This document shows positions 21,615-32,276 of a stretch of DNA of 64,000 nucleotides, one piece after another. Every line of letters starts with the position of its first letter. The first letter of the stretch is position 1. The notes beneath the pieces were generated by a model. That model was not told where the DNA came from. It did no database searches and worked only from the letters and a program-made list of their open reading frames with translations. The DNA is taken from contig JAAYMS010000107.1 in assembly GCA_012521295.1 (NCBI GenBank), positions 35,641 through 99,640 on the forward strand. Direction: 5' to 3'. The translations under genes and the position numbers were made by a program. This DNA comes from Bacillota bacterium (GTDB lineage Bacteria > Bacillota > Limnochordia > Darwinibacteriales > Darwinibacteriaceae).

Positions 21615-22876
21615 CCAGCTCCAAGAGTTGCTCTAACAGTTGGCCGATTATCCGGCACGGCCCAATTCCTAGTTCAGTCATGAGATCGTGCCCATTTACG
21701 GCCAAATCATGGACGGTGAGAGCTGTCTCGGCATCGAGAACCTCCTGCACGCGGTTGCGCAGCTCTGTTAAGTACCGCACAGCCTGCACGGGATCAATAT
21801 ACATCGCTGAGATGTCTGCGTGGCGAAGCGCGATCAGGTCGAAAATGTGTTCTTGACCCACTTTAGCGATCATGTGCCGCACAGCTTTGTCGGTCATATG
21901 AGGCCCCATAGGGTACATGTGAAACCGGATGAGGTGCGTCACTTTTTTTATCAAGTCATTGCTGAAACGCAGTCGCTGCAAGATTGCTTCTGCCATCTCG
22001 GCGCCTAGTTTGTCATGATTGTTAAAGTTGAGTCCGTCATTCTCCATTTTTGCCTTGGGCTTGCCGATATCATGGAGTAGAGCCGCCCAGCGAAGATGCA
22101 GCTGTGGAGGAATACGCTGTGCGGCGAGAACTGAATGACCAAGCACATCGTAGATATGCTGCTCGCCTTGGCTAACTCCAGCGCAGGCTGCCAGTTCTGG
22201 AATAACCTCATCCAGTAAACCACTGCTGTAAAACAGTTCAAAGGCCGGAACAAGATGACCTCCCAAAGACATTTTTGCTAGTTCCTGCCCAATGCGCTCC
22301 GCGCTGATGGCGTTGATGAGTTCGGGCTTGATTGCCTGAACTGTTTTTCCGGCAGGTTTGAAGCCCAAGACGGCTTGGAACCGAATCAGCCTCAGCATGC
22401 GCAGCGGGTCTTCGGAGAATCGCTCTTTGGGATCACCGACGCAGACCAGACGGCGCAGTCTGAGGTGCAGACGCCCCTTGAAGGGATCGGCAAACTGCTT
22501 GGTTATAGGGTTGTATGCCATGGCGTTCACTGTGAAGTCGCGCCTTTTTAGATCCAGTTTGATGTCTTTTGTGAATGCGACCGTGTCGGGCCGGCGTCGA
22601 TCGCTATACCGGCCTTCCTGCCGCATGGTTGTTACCTCTACAGGTTGGCCATTGTACAGTACGGTGATGGTGCCAAACTCTCTTCCAGTAGGAATCGTCT
22701 CGGGGAAGAGCGTCTCTACCTCCTCAGGGAGAGCGTCTGTGGTGATATCCCAATCATGTGGTGTCACGCCCAACAACGCATCGCGTAATGCGCCGCCAAC
22801 TACAAAGGCTTGAAATCCTGCTTCTGACAGAGTGCGGCAGATCTCAATAATTGTGTGAGGAAGTTTGACCCGCAAT
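21532..22876 (-). CDS. cca: CCA tRNA nucleotidyltransferase with HD domain
   Basis: PolyA-pol head (VVGGALRD...DWDITT) and an HD domain. The probable TTG start at 22876 is 7 nt after AAAGGAG. The longer ORF to 23010 has an implausible N-terminus. Its 3' end overlaps the convergent GNAT gene. Confidence 0.8.
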
Positions 22877-23013
22877 GAGCTCACTCCTTTGCTATCACCT
22901 GATTCTCCCTTACTTGGGTTTTTCCTACATGCCGCAGGATTCTCGGCAGCTTTCGGGAATATTAGAGGATAATCGAAACAACACTCCGTTGGCTTTGCAA
23001 GGAGGAACAATAG

Positions 23014-24954
23014 ATGTCAGTTAAAGTAACACTGAAAGATGGCTCAGTGATTGAATTTGCCCGCGGGACTACTGTTGGTGAAGTTGCCAGGGCAATCAGC
23101 CGAAGGCTTGAAAAGGATGCCTTGGTTGGAGAAGTCGATGGCAAGCTGCGGGATCTGAGCTATCCTCTGAACGAAGATGCATCCGTACACATTTTAACTT
23201 TCGAGGACCCAGCAGGCCGTGATGCTTTTCGTCATACAACTTCTCACATCTTGGCCCAGGCCGTGCTCCGTCTTTTCCCTGATGCCAAGTTAGGGATTGG
23301 GCCTTCGATCGAGACAGGGTTTTACTATGATTTTGATGTAGCCCAACCCTTTACTCCTGAGGACTTGGAGAGAATCGAGGCTGAGATGGCCAAGATCGTA
23401 GCAGAGGATTATTCAATCGAGTCTTTTACACTTCCGCGGGCTGAAGCAATTGCCTTGATGGAAGAACGGGGCGAACCGTATAAAGTTGAACTGATCAACG
23501 ATCTCCCCGATGACGCAGTCATTTCGTTCTACAAGCAAGGCGAATTTGTCGACTTATGTACAGGGCCCCATCTTCCCTCTACGGGTAAAGTGAAGGCTTT
23601 CAAGCTGCTCCAAGCAGCAGGGGCCTACTGGCGTGGAAGCGAGAAAAACAAGATGCTCCAGCGTATCTATGGGACATCATTCCCAAAAAAGAGCCAGCTT
23701 GATGAATACCTTGCAGCGCTGGAAGAAGCAAAGAAGCGCGATCACAATAAACTTGGCCGTGAGCTGGAACTTTTCACAACCGTTGATACTATCGGGCAGG
23801 GGCTGCCTCTCTTGATGCCAAAAGGGGCAAAGGTTCTGCAGCTGCTTCAGCGCTTTGTCGAAGATGAAGAAGAGCGGCGTGGCTACCTGATCACCAAGAC
23901 TCCGCTTATGGCTAAGAAGGATCTATATGAGATTTCTGGTCATTGGGATCATTACCGCGACGGGATGTTCATCATTGGTGACGACGATCAGGAAGAAGAG
24001 GTCTTCGCTCTCAGGCCAATGACCTGTCCTTTCCAATTTATGATTTACAAATCTAAGCTGCGCAGCTATCGTGAGCTTCCCCTGAGGTACGCCGAGACAT
24101 CAACTCTGTTCAGAAATGAATCCTCGGGTGAAATGCACGGGTTAATTAGGGTAAGACAGTTCACGATCTCCGAGGGTCATATCATCTGTACGCCGGAACA
24201 GCTCGAAGAAGAGTTTCGCGGTGTGATAGATCTGATTGACTATATGCTGAATACTCTAGGGCTTCGTGAAGACATCTGGTTTAGATTCTCCAAGTGGGAC
24301 CCCAATAACAAAGAAAAATATATCGACAACCCCGAAGCTTGGGAACACGCGCAAGCCAGCATGAAAGCGATCTTAGATCGGTTGGGCCTTGAGTATGAAG
24401 AAGCTGAGGGTGAGGCTGCATTCTACGGGCCCAAGCTCGATATTCAGGCTCGCAACGTGCACGGCAAGGAAGATACCATCATTACGGTTCAAATTGACTT
24501 TGCTCTGCCTGAGCGTTTCGATATGTCTTACGTTGACCGCGACGGGGCCAAGAAACGTCCGCTGATCATTCACCGTACTTCTATAGGTTGCTACGAGCGG
24601 ACTCTGGCAATGCTGATCGAGAAGTATGCTGGCGCTCTGCCAACTTGGCTGGCACCGACCCAGGTGAAGATACTTCCCATCAGTGATAACCATCTTCAGT
24701 ACGCAGATGAGCTGGCAGCGAAGCTGCGAGCCCATGGTATTAGAGTGGAAACTGACAAGCGCAGTGAGAAGATCGGATACAAGATACGGGAAGGCCGCTT
24801 AGAGAGGGTTCCGTATCTCTTGATCATAGGTGACAAAGAAGTGGAGTCACAGAGTGTGAGTGTGCGCTGCCGCAGGGAAGGCGATCTCGGCTCGATGCCG
24901 TTTAGTGAGTTTGTTCATAAGCTCATCCACGAAGTGGAAGCAAAGGCGCGTTAG
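23014..24954 (+). CDS. thrS: threonine--tRNA ligase
   Basis: TGS N-domain and class II motifs. ThrRS-type architecture of 646 aa. Confidence 0.9.
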   Translation: MSVKVTLKDGSVIEFARGTTVGEVARAISRRLEKDALVGEVDGKLRDLSYPLNEDASVHILTFEDPAGRDAFRHTTSHILAQAVLRLFPDAKLGIGPSIETGFYYDFDVAQPFTPEDLERIEAEMAKIVAEDYSIESFTLPRAEAIALMEERGEPYKVELINDLPDDAVISFYKQGEFVDLCTGPHLPSTGKVKAFKLLQAAGAYWRGSEKNKMLQRIYGTSFPKKSQLDEYLAALEEAKKRDHNKLGRELELFTTVDTIGQGLPLLMPKGAKVLQLLQRFVEDEEERRGYLITKTPLMAKKDLYEISGHWDHYRDGMFIIGDDDQEEEVFALRPMTCPFQFMIYKSKLRSYRELPLRYAETSTLFRNESSGEMHGLIRVRQFTISEGHIICTPEQLEEEFRGVIDLIDYMLNTLGLREDIWFRFSKWDPNNKEKYIDNPEAWEHAQASMKAILDRLGLEYEEAEGEAAFYGPKLDIQARNVHGKEDTIITVQIDFALPERFDMSYVDRDGAKKRPLIIHRTSIGCYERTLAMLIEKYAGALPTWLAPTQVKILPISDNHLQYADELAAKLRAHGIRVETDKRSEKIGYKIREGRLERVPYLLIIGDKEVESQSVSVRCRREGDLGSMPFSEFVHKLIHEVEAKAR

Positions 24955-24956
24955 GC

Positions 24957-25679
24957 ATGATTGAACTACAGTTTGGGCCGCTGCATAAGGCTAGGTTTGT
25001 CAGGCGCCCGAATCGTTTTCTCCTGAACTGTGTTCTAGAAGGCGAGGAGGACGAAGTAGAGGTCCATCTTGCTGATCCTGGCCGCCTGAAAGAACTGCTT
25101 CTCCCTGGGAATTTAGTGTGGCTGCGGCGCAACGACAACCCACGGCGCCGCACTCAATGGTCCGCGGTTCTGACTCGGGATCCCGAGACTGAGCAGCTTG
25201 TGTCGCTTCAGTCAACTCTGGCCAATACTCTGATAGAAAAAGCGCTGCGTACGGGTGACCTCGAAGAGCTGCAGCCATGGCAATTTGTCCGCAGCGAGTA
25301 TCAGTATGGTTCTTCCCGCTGGGATTTTCTTCTGAGGGATCCCAGTGGGAAGCAGCTCCTTTTGGAAGTCAAGAGCGTGACGCTGGTCAAAGACAAGAGG
25401 GCCTTGTTTCCTGATGCGGTTACAGCACGTGGGCGCCGTCATGTGCTGGAATTAGCTGAGCTTCAGCAGGCGAGTGAGTTTGAAACTGCCGTGATGTTTG
25501 TTGTCCAGCGATCTGATGCGCAGGCTTTTGGCCCAGATTGGGACGTAGATCCTGCTTTTTCTGAAGCACTGGTTCAGGCCAGTGAGGCGGGCGTGCGAGT
25601 TTTTGCTCGGTCATGCCGCATTACCCCGGATAAAATCCTTCTCGCTCAATCTCTTCCTGTCCGACTGCATGAGGAGTGA
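24957..25679 (+). CDS. sfsA: sugar fermentation stimulation protein SfsA
   Basis: The N-terminus (FVRRPNRF, VHLADPGRL) is typical of SfsA. Confidence 0.8.
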   Translation: MIELQFGPLHKARFVRRPNRFLLNCVLEGEEDEVEVHLADPGRLKELLLPGNLVWLRRNDNPRRRTQWSAVLTRDPETEQLVSLQSTLANTLIEKALRTGDLEELQPWQFVRSEYQYGSSRWDFLLRDPSGKQLLLEVKSVTLVKDKRALFPDAVTARGRRHVLELAELQQASEFETAVMFVVQRSDAQAFGPDWDVDPAFSEALVQASEAGVRVFARSCRITPDKILLAQSLPVRLHEE

Positions 25680-25683
25680 TTGT

Positions 25684-26652
25684 ATGACACCGGATGTGTT
25701 TCGCCAGACAGAAATTGCTGTCATCTGGGATTTCGACAAGACTCTCATCCCTGGGTACATGCAGGAACCACTGTTCAGGTACTACCGAGTTGATCCTGAT
25801 CAGTTTTGGCGCGAAGTACGCTTCCTTCCGCAGTACCTCAAGGAGCAGGGTGCAGAGCTTGTTTCAGAAGACAGCATCTATCTCAACCATATTCTGACCT
25901 ATGTGCGAGCAGGCGTCTTTTCAGGCCTGAATAACGCTTTACTTAGGCAGTTAGGTATGGAGCTGAGTTTTTTCCCGGGGCTGCCGGAGTTCTTTTCAGC
26001 AGTCAAGGAACGCATCCACTGCAATCCTCGTTATCAGAAACATGAAATTAGAGTTGAGCACTATGTGGTCAGTACAGGCCTGCGGCAGATGATCTTGGGG
26101 AGTTCAATTGCCAAGTATGTCGATGGAGTTTGGGGATGTGAATTCGTTGAACACCTACCTGGGCCCGGTTTTCTAAGTAAAACCCCGACCGTTGTGGAGA
26201 ACGAAAAGCGGGTCATCCGAGATATTGCTTATGTACTGGACAACACGACCAAAACGCGGGCTATTTTCGAGATTAACAAAGGTGTCAATAAGTTTCCTGA
26301 AATAGATGTGAACAGCAACATACCCAAAGATGATCGCCGCATTCCGTTTGAGAACATGATATACATCGCCGATGGCCCGAGTGATGTACCGGTGTTTTCG
26401 CTGATTAACCAAAATGGCGGCAGAACCTTTGCCGTCTATCAAAGAGGCTCCGATGAAGGGTTTAGACAGGCGGTAGAGCTGCAGCGGCAGGGTAGAGTCC
26501 AAGCCTTCGGCGAGGCGAACTATGAGCCCGAGACTCTCACCTACATGTGGATTATGCATGCGGTGGAGGATATTGCGGGCAATATAGTGAAAAGAAGAGA
26601 AGCTGCACTGCAGACAAAAGTGGGCAAGCCACCTCGTCATCTCGAGGATTAG
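25684..26652 (+). CDS. HAD superfamily hydrolase (DxDxT type)
   Basis: Motif I WDFDKTL and a late DG motif (IADGPSD). ATG at 25684 follows GAGGAGTG. The upstream extension to 25582 is rejected. Confidence 0.55.
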   Translation: MTPDVFRQTEIAVIWDFDKTLIPGYMQEPLFRYYRVDPDQFWREVRFLPQYLKEQGAELVSEDSIYLNHILTYVRAGVFSGLNNALLRQLGMELSFFPGLPEFFSAVKERIHCNPRYQKHEIRVEHYVVSTGLRQMILGSSIAKYVDGVWGCEFVEHLPGPGFLSKTPTVVENEKRVIRDIAYVLDNTTKTRAIFEINKGVNKFPEIDVNSNIPKDDRRIPFENMIYIADGPSDVPVFSLINQNGGRTFAVYQRGSDEGFRQAVELQRQGRVQAFGEANYEPETLTYMWIMHAVEDIAGNIVKRREAALQTKVGKPPRHLED

Positions 26653-26663
26653 GGGGTTAAAGT

Positions 26664-27608
26664 ATGCACGCTGTTCTCGCAAAATGGGGTCTTCCTAGTG
26701 ATCAAGCCGAGCTGCATCAGATTGCGCCTCGGGTATGGCGTGTAGAAGCTGGTTCCAAGGTTTACCTGCTGAAGCATCGCAGTGATCATTCGTCCGTCTG
26801 GGCAGAGTTTAAACTGCTGAACTACCTTAGTGAGCAAGGGCTGCCCGTTTTTCCACCTCTTCTCAGCGACGAAGAGGCTCCATGGGCTCGCTGGGAAGGC
26901 CGCATTTATGTCTTGTATCCCTATATCGCTGGAGTTTCTGGAGAAGAGGTTTGCCCAACTGACTTAGCAAGAGCTAGAAGTCTAGGGAGGTTTCTAGCAC
27001 GGCTGCACAGCGCTTTAGCCCAGTATCCATATGCTGAAGAGTTTCCTGACAAGAATGTCTTCCAAGAGGTTGCCACCTGGGCTTGGCCCACGGTAAGGCG
27101 AGGTTTCCGTAACGAGTTAGCCGGCCGCCTGGAAGACATTGCCAAGAAGCTCTCCCAATTTGCTACCCTATATGAGAGCCTACCGCGGCAGTTGATTCAC
27201 AGGGACGCTCATCCGGCTAATGTTGTCTTTGAAGGCGATGAAGTGGTGGGTATGGTGGATTTTGATATGGTTCGTACAGGAGTGCGGATCTTTGATGTCT
27301 GCTATTGTGCGACCGCGGTATTGTCCGGAAGCTTCACGCAGGGCCCTGCTCGAGAACACTGGGATCTTTTCGTTCAGGAGCTTCTCCGTGGTTATGTAGA
27401 AGTCCAACCTCTTACTAGGTCAGAAGGCTATGCCTTTATGTATGTGACATTCTTAATCCAGGCCCTGTTTGCTGCCTACTTCTTGGATATGGGTCAGGAC
27501 GCCCTTGCTGAGCAGAATGTAGCAATGTTGAAATGGCTTTGTGATCGTCAAACAGTTATGGAACCTTTGATAGATAGAGTTATCAAAAGCAAGGAGGATG
27601 TGCAATGA
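26664..27608 (+). CDS. phosphotransferase (APH/choline-kinase/homoserine-kinase-II-like protein kinase fold)
   Basis: Catalytic loop HRDAHPANV and metal-binding DFD. Confidence 0.6.
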   Translation: MHAVLAKWGLPSDQAELHQIAPRVWRVEAGSKVYLLKHRSDHSSVWAEFKLLNYLSEQGLPVFPPLLSDEEAPWARWEGRIYVLYPYIAGVSGEEVCPTDLARARSLGRFLARLHSALAQYPYAEEFPDKNVFQEVATWAWPTVRRGFRNELAGRLEDIAKKLSQFATLYESLPRQLIHRDAHPANVVFEGDEVVGMVDFDMVRTGVRIFDVCYCATAVLSGSFTQGPAREHWDLFVQELLRGYVEVQPLTRSEGYAFMYVTFLIQALFAAYFLDMGQDALAEQNVAMLKWLCDRQTVMEPLIDRVIKSKEDVQ

Positions 27609-29050
27609 GTAGAGCTGACATTGGCCTTATAGGTCTGGCTGTAATGGGCGAAAACCTCGCTCTAAACATGGCTGGAAAAGGCTTTACAGTGGCTGTTTAT
27701 AACCGAACGACAGACAAAATAGATAGGCTTCTCCAGGGACGGGGACAAGGCCTGCCACTTGTGGGAGCCTATTCTTTAGAGGAGCTAGCCGCTTCTCTGA
27801 AAAAACCTCGAAAAGTAATGCTGATGGTTAAGGCTGGTCAGCCTGTAGATAACATCCTCCAGCAGCTGATAGAAGTATTAGAACCCGGTGATATCGTGAT
27901 TGATGGAGGAAACTCGTACTACCGTGATACCGTCCGCCGCGTTGAACTGGCAAGGAGTCACGGCCTTCGCTTTGTGGGAGCGGGGGTTTCTGGAGGTGAA
28001 GAAGGGGCATTAAACGGGCCCAGCATTATGCCGGGCGGCAGCGATGAAGCGTGGCCAGAGATTGCTCCGATCTTCCAGTCTATCGCTGCTCATGTCGGTG
28101 GCGAACCCTGCTGCCAATGGATTGGGCCAGACGGAGCCGGGCATTTTGTCAAGACCGTCCATAATGGTATCGAATATGCTGATATGCAGCTGATTGGCGA
28201 AGCCTATTTCTTGATGAAGAATGTTCTCGGCCTGACGAATCAGGAGATGAAGAGCGTCTTTGAAGAGTGGAATGCCGGGGAGTTAGAGAGCTATTTGATT
28301 GAGATTACCGGTGAGATTCTCGGTAAGATCGATGAAGACACAGGCGAACCGCTGCTTGAGTTAATTAAGGATGCGGCGGGGCAGAAGGGTACCGGAAAGT
28401 GGACCAGTCAGGAAGCTCTTGATTTAGGCGTTCCCGCACCTACGGTTGTGGAGGCAGTGATGGCACGCATCGTATCAGGTGCTGAGGAACAGCGGAAAAT
28501 TGCACAGGAGCTGTTCCAGACAACAATGACAGTTAAGGACGTTGACCGCGAAGAGTTCATTGCGGCCATCCGCAGTGCTTTGTTCGCTTCTAAGATCTGT
28601 GCCTATGCCCAGGGATTTGATATCATGCGCCAAGCTTCTATCGAGTATGGTTGGAATCTGAAGCTGGGCGATTTGGCCATGATTTGGCGGGACGGGTGCA
28701 TCATCCGCGCCCAGTTCCTACACCACATCAAGGAAGCCTATGATAATAACCCCGGTCTTGTAAATCTACTGTTTGCTCCCTACTTCAAAGAGGCAGTAGA
28801 GCGGGGAGAAAAACAGTGGCGGACTGTTGTCAGCACAGCCGTAGAGCTGGGCCTGCCTTTACCGGCTTTTTCGTCAGCCCTTGCCTATTTTGACAGTCTC
28901 CGTACCGGCCAGCTTTGGACCAATCTTGTGCAAGCACAGCGTGATTACTTCGGCGCTCATACTTACCAGCGTATCGATCGGCCGGGCGCTTTCCATACAG
29001 AATGGCAGTCTCCCGGGGAGCAAGCAAAAAGCGTTCCTGTAGAGTGGTAG
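27605..29050 (+). CDS. gnd: 6-phosphogluconate dehydrogenase (decarboxylating)
   Basis: N-terminal IGLIGLAVMGENLALN Rossmann fold and 6PGDH C-domain motifs. Confidence 0.9.
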   Translation: MSRADIGLIGLAVMGENLALNMAGKGFTVAVYNRTTDKIDRLLQGRGQGLPLVGAYSLEELAASLKKPRKVMLMVKAGQPVDNILQQLIEVLEPGDIVIDGGNSYYRDTVRRVELARSHGLRFVGAGVSGGEEGALNGPSIMPGGSDEAWPEIAPIFQSIAAHVGGEPCCQWIGPDGAGHFVKTVHNGIEYADMQLIGEAYFLMKNVLGLTNQEMKSVFEEWNAGELESYLIEITGEILGKIDEDTGEPLLELIKDAAGQKGTGKWTSQEALDLGVPAPTVVEAVMARIVSGAEEQRKIAQELFQTTMTVKDVDREEFIAAIRSALFASKICAYAQGFDIMRQASIEYGWNLKLGDLAMIWRDGCIIRAQFLHHIKEAYDNNPGLVNLLFAPYFKEAVERGEKQWRTVVSTAVELGLPLPAFSSALAYFDSLRTGQLWTNLVQAQRDYFGAHTYQRIDRPGAFHTEWQSPGEQAKSVPVEW

Positions 29051-29110
29051 AGAAGGTTTTTCATGCCGATTCAAGAACTAACAACTGATTAGCTTTGAGG
29101 AGTTGATGCA

Positions 29111-30787
29111 GTGATGGATAGACCAGCGAATACAGAAGCTTCTAACTTCATTCGCAATATTATCGATGAGGATCTGGCATCTGGTAAGCATACTGGAATT
29201 GTGACGCGCTTTCCTCCAGAGCCCAATGGGTATCTGCACATCGGCCATGCCAAATCGATCTGCCTGAACTTCGGTTTGGCCCGGGACTATGGCGGGCGCT
29301 GTCATCTTCGTTTCGACGATACAAACCCGACCCGGGACTACGAGAAGTACATGGAGAGCATCATGGAAGATGTGAAGTGGTTGGGGTTTGACTGGGGCGA
29401 GCATCTATACTATGCCTCGGATTATTTCGATCAGCTCTATGAGTTCGCGATTAAGCTGATTAAGAAAGGCAAGGCCTATGTCTGCAGTCTCAGCCCTGAG
29501 GAGATTAGGGAATACCGCGGAACTCTAACCGAACCAGGCCGCGAAAGCCCATACCGCAATCGCTCGATTGAGGAAAACTTGGAGCTATTTGAACGTATGC
29601 GCAAGGGGGAATTTGCTGATGGCGAGCATGTTCTGCGGGCCAAAATTGACATGGCTTCGCCTAACGTGGTAATGCGCGACCCAACTTTGTACCGGATTCG
29701 CCATCTCAGTCATCCACGCACGGGCGACAAGTGGTGCATCTATCCGATGTATGACTTTACCCACTGCCTGTCAGATGCGCTTGAAGGAATTACCCATTCC
29801 ATTTGCACTTTAGAGTTTGAAAACAACCGTCCGCTTTACGAGTGGATTCTAGAAGAGGTATTCGATGGGCCCCATCCGCAGCAGATAGAGTTTGCCCGGC
29901 TGAACCTCAGCTACACCGTAATGAGCAAGCGCAAACTACTTCGCCTGGTCGAAGAGGGCGTTGTTAGAGGGTGGGATGACCCACGTATGCCTACCATTGC
30001 TGGCCTCCGCCGGCGTGGTTACACTCCCGAGGCTATTCGCGATTTCTGCGATCGCATCGGAGTTGCGAAGGCTAATAGTATGGTGGACTATGCGCTTCTC
30101 GAACACTGCGTGCGAGAGGATCTCAACGCTAGAGCCGAGCGTACGATGGCAGTTCTCAAGCCTTTGAAGGTTGTGATCACTAATTACCCTGAAGGGCAAG
30201 TCGAATATGTAGAAGCAGCAAACCATCCACAAGATCCTTCCATGGGTACTCGGGAGATTCCCTTTACTCGGGAGATCTACATTGAGCAGGATGACTTCAT
30301 GGAAGATCCTCCGAAGAAGTTCTACCGGTTGGCACCAGGCCGGGAAGTACGCCTGCGGTTTGCCTACTTAATTACCTGCACTGATGTGATCAAGGATGAA
30401 GAAGGCAATATCGTAGAGGTGCATTGTACCTACGACCCAGAAACCAAGGGTGGTTCTGCACCAGATGGCCGTAAGGTCAAAGGCACCATTCACTGGGTAT
30501 CTGCTGAGCATTCGATCCCAGCTGAGGTGCGTCTGTATGACCATCTTTTTACAGAAGAAAACCCAGATGAGGGCGACTTCATGGAGTATATCAATCCTAA
30601 ATCCCTCGAAGTTATCACTGATGCTCGGGTCGAGCCCCGCATGAAGTCAGTGAAGCCGCTCGAACGCTTTCAGTTTGAGCGTGTAGGTTATTTCTGTGTC
30701 GATCCAGATACAACCGAAGACCGGCTGGTATTTAACCGGACTGTTGCTCTCCGGGACAGCTGGGCTAAGATCCAGAATAAGCTCTAA
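29111..30787 (+). CDS. glnS: glutamine--tRNA ligase
   Basis: HIGH (PNGYLHIGH) and VMSKR motifs. The 558-aa, single-domain GlnRS architecture (no GluRS-type zinc knuckle region) favours GlnRS over GluRS. Confidence 0.8.
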   Translation: MMDRPANTEASNFIRNIIDEDLASGKHTGIVTRFPPEPNGYLHIGHAKSICLNFGLARDYGGRCHLRFDDTNPTRDYEKYMESIMEDVKWLGFDWGEHLYYASDYFDQLYEFAIKLIKKGKAYVCSLSPEEIREYRGTLTEPGRESPYRNRSIEENLELFERMRKGEFADGEHVLRAKIDMASPNVVMRDPTLYRIRHLSHPRTGDKWCIYPMYDFTHCLSDALEGITHSICTLEFENNRPLYEWILEEVFDGPHPQQIEFARLNLSYTVMSKRKLLRLVEEGVVRGWDDPRMPTIAGLRRRGYTPEAIRDFCDRIGVAKANSMVDYALLEHCVREDLNARAERTMAVLKPLKVVITNYPEGQVEYVEAANHPQDPSMGTREIPFTREIYIEQDDFMEDPPKKFYRLAPGREVRLRFAYLITCTDVIKDEEGNIVEVHCTYDPETKGGSAPDGRKVKGTIHWVSAEHSIPAEVRLYDHLFTEENPDEGDFMEYINPKSLEVITDARVEPRMKSVKPLERFQFERVGYFCVDPDTTEDRLVFNRTVALRDSWAKIQNKL

Positions 30788-30788
30788 A

Positions 30789-30816
30789 AAAAGGGGACCA
30801 TGTGGTCCCCTTTTTG
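30789..30816. terminator. bidirectional intrinsic terminator
   Basis: Hairpin ggggacca-tg-tggtcccc with an A6 tract on the left and a T5 tract on the right. Confidence 0.8.
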
Positions 30817-31488
30817 TTATTTTTCCTGCATGATGCCCATGATCGCCTCTACAAGCGAAACTGCTTCTAAAGTGTCTACTTCCTTCTCGAGGATTTCCTC
30901 GGGCGTCAGCTCTGCCTGCCAGTATACTCGGTTCGAACCTGTGTTGGAGCTGATTACTGCGCCTTCTAAAGACAAACCTGCAAATACACCGCGGCTGATT
31001 GAATAGCTGTAGATTGAAGCTTCTAGATCAATATCGGTAGCGGCTTCGGCTGAACGGCCCACAGGGCCAGCTGCCACTGACATGCTGCCGCCTAGTGTAA
31101 CGGTACCATCTCTCAGGTTCGTAAGTCCCCGTTCGTTGGTTATTACGAGGACTAAGCTAGTCGATTGAATCCCTACTTGAAACCCATACGACAGTCCCTT
31201 AATGTCAATGAAGTAAGGTCCATACCATGAGTTGGTTACCGGGTCTCTCCTCAGGAGCAGACCTTCGCCATATCTGCCGCCCAGCCCTAATCCGACTCGG
31301 ATGACTTCTGGGAAAATGGCAACTCCGTGGGCGTTATTCAAAAGATATTTAAGGGGCGCATTATCTGGCTGCTCGGCAATCTCCCTCAGTACTACAGCGG
31401 CATCATTCACCAGGGAATGAGGCGACTTGGCATGGACACCGGTTGTAAGAGCGAGTAAAACAGCCATTGTGAGGCCTACTACTTTCAT
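30817..31488 (-). CDS. secreted SYLF (Ysc84/DUF500) domain protein
   Basis: Signal peptide MKVVGLTMAVLLALTTGVHA with no lipobox Cys, then a SYLF-like Gly-rich core. ATG at 31488 follows GGAGGG. Confidence 0.55.
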   Translation of the reverse strand: MKVVGLTMAVLLALTTGVHAKSPHSLVNDAAVVLREIAEQPDNAPLKYLLNNAHGVAIFPEVIRVGLGLGGRYGEGLLLRRDPVTNSWYGPYFIDIKGLSYGFQVGIQSTSLVLVITNERGLTNLRDGTVTLGGSMSVAAGPVGRSAEAATDIDLEASIYSYSISRGVFAGLSLEGAVISSNTGSNRVYWQAELTPEEILEKEVDTLEAVSLVEAIMGIMQEK

Positions 31489-31538
31489 TTGAAACCCTCC
31501 TTGTGAATATACATGGGATATGTTTCGCATGAGGAGGA

Positions 31539-32276
31539 GTGTTTATGCCCCGTCCGTTTTTCCTAGTGATAACTAGGCGCTATCTATGGGCGGCTCTGGT
31601 TTTGCTGGGCTGCTTGATCGTCCTGGCGATATACAGCTCGTTTCCTCTTGCTGTCTACACCCTTAACGCATTACCCACAAAAATAATTTACGATGTGATG
31701 CTCGATCCGGGCCATGGCGGAATCGACCCTGGTGGTATCGGACGCGATGACATTTACGAAAAGGAGTTCACCCTTGATATAGCCCTCAGAATGCGGGACA
31801 TCTTGGAGCAGGCCGGGCTGAGGGTAGGGACGACCCGCGATACGGACCGAGATGTCAGCCACCTAGCCAAAGAAGGTACCCGCCACCGGCGCGATCTCTT
31901 GGGAAGGTTCTCATTAATGAACCAAGCCCAAGTAGGGATGAGCATTCACACCAATGCTACTCGGTCTAAAGACGAGAGGGGAGCAATTGTATTCTACATG
32001 CAGAACTCGTATATCGATAAAATTTACGCCCAAATTGCATTTGACGAACTCGAACGTGTGCAGGAAATGAATCACTCTGCGCCAGTTCCCCGCAACAACC
32101 TCTTTCTCCTAAAAGCTAAGCCACCGGTAATACTTGTAGAGATTGGATTCATCACTAACGAGGAAGACCTCCAGAAGCTCCTCGACGAAGGGTTCCGTCA
32201 AAACGTGGCCGAGGCTCTCAGCACGGCCATCTTGAAGTTTGTCATGCAGCAGCCCATCGAACAGAGCGAAATCTAA
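31539..32276 (+). CDS. cwlD: N-acetylmuramoyl-L-alanine amidase CwlD-like (germination-specific)
   Basis: N-terminal TM helix, then KIIYDVMLDPGHGGIDPGG and Amidase_3 zinc ligands. Closely resembles Bacillus CwlD. The start may be the second ATG at 31545. Confidence 0.75.
   Translation: MFMPRPFFLVITRRYLWAALVLLGCLIVLAIYSSFPLAVYTLNALPTKIIYDVMLDPGHGGIDPGGIGRDDIYEKEFTLDIALRMRDILEQAGLRVGTTRDTDRDVSHLAKEGTRHRRDLLGRFSLMNQAQVGMSIHTNATRSKDERGAIVFYMQNSYIDKIYAQIAFDELERVQEMNHSAPVPRNNLFLLKAKPPVILVEIGFITNEEDLQKLLDEGFRQNVAEALSTAILKFVMQQPIEQSEI

Noticed and set aside
22358-22813. A 151-aa plus-strand ORF inside cca.
   Set aside because: It is antisense to the cca coding region. The translation is Arg/Ser-rich and low-complexity.
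22877-23013. A possible T-box or leader upstream of thrS.
   Set aside because: The intergenic region is only about 137 nt and lacks the T-box consensus and a terminator hairpin. It more likely holds a plain promoter shared with divergent cca.
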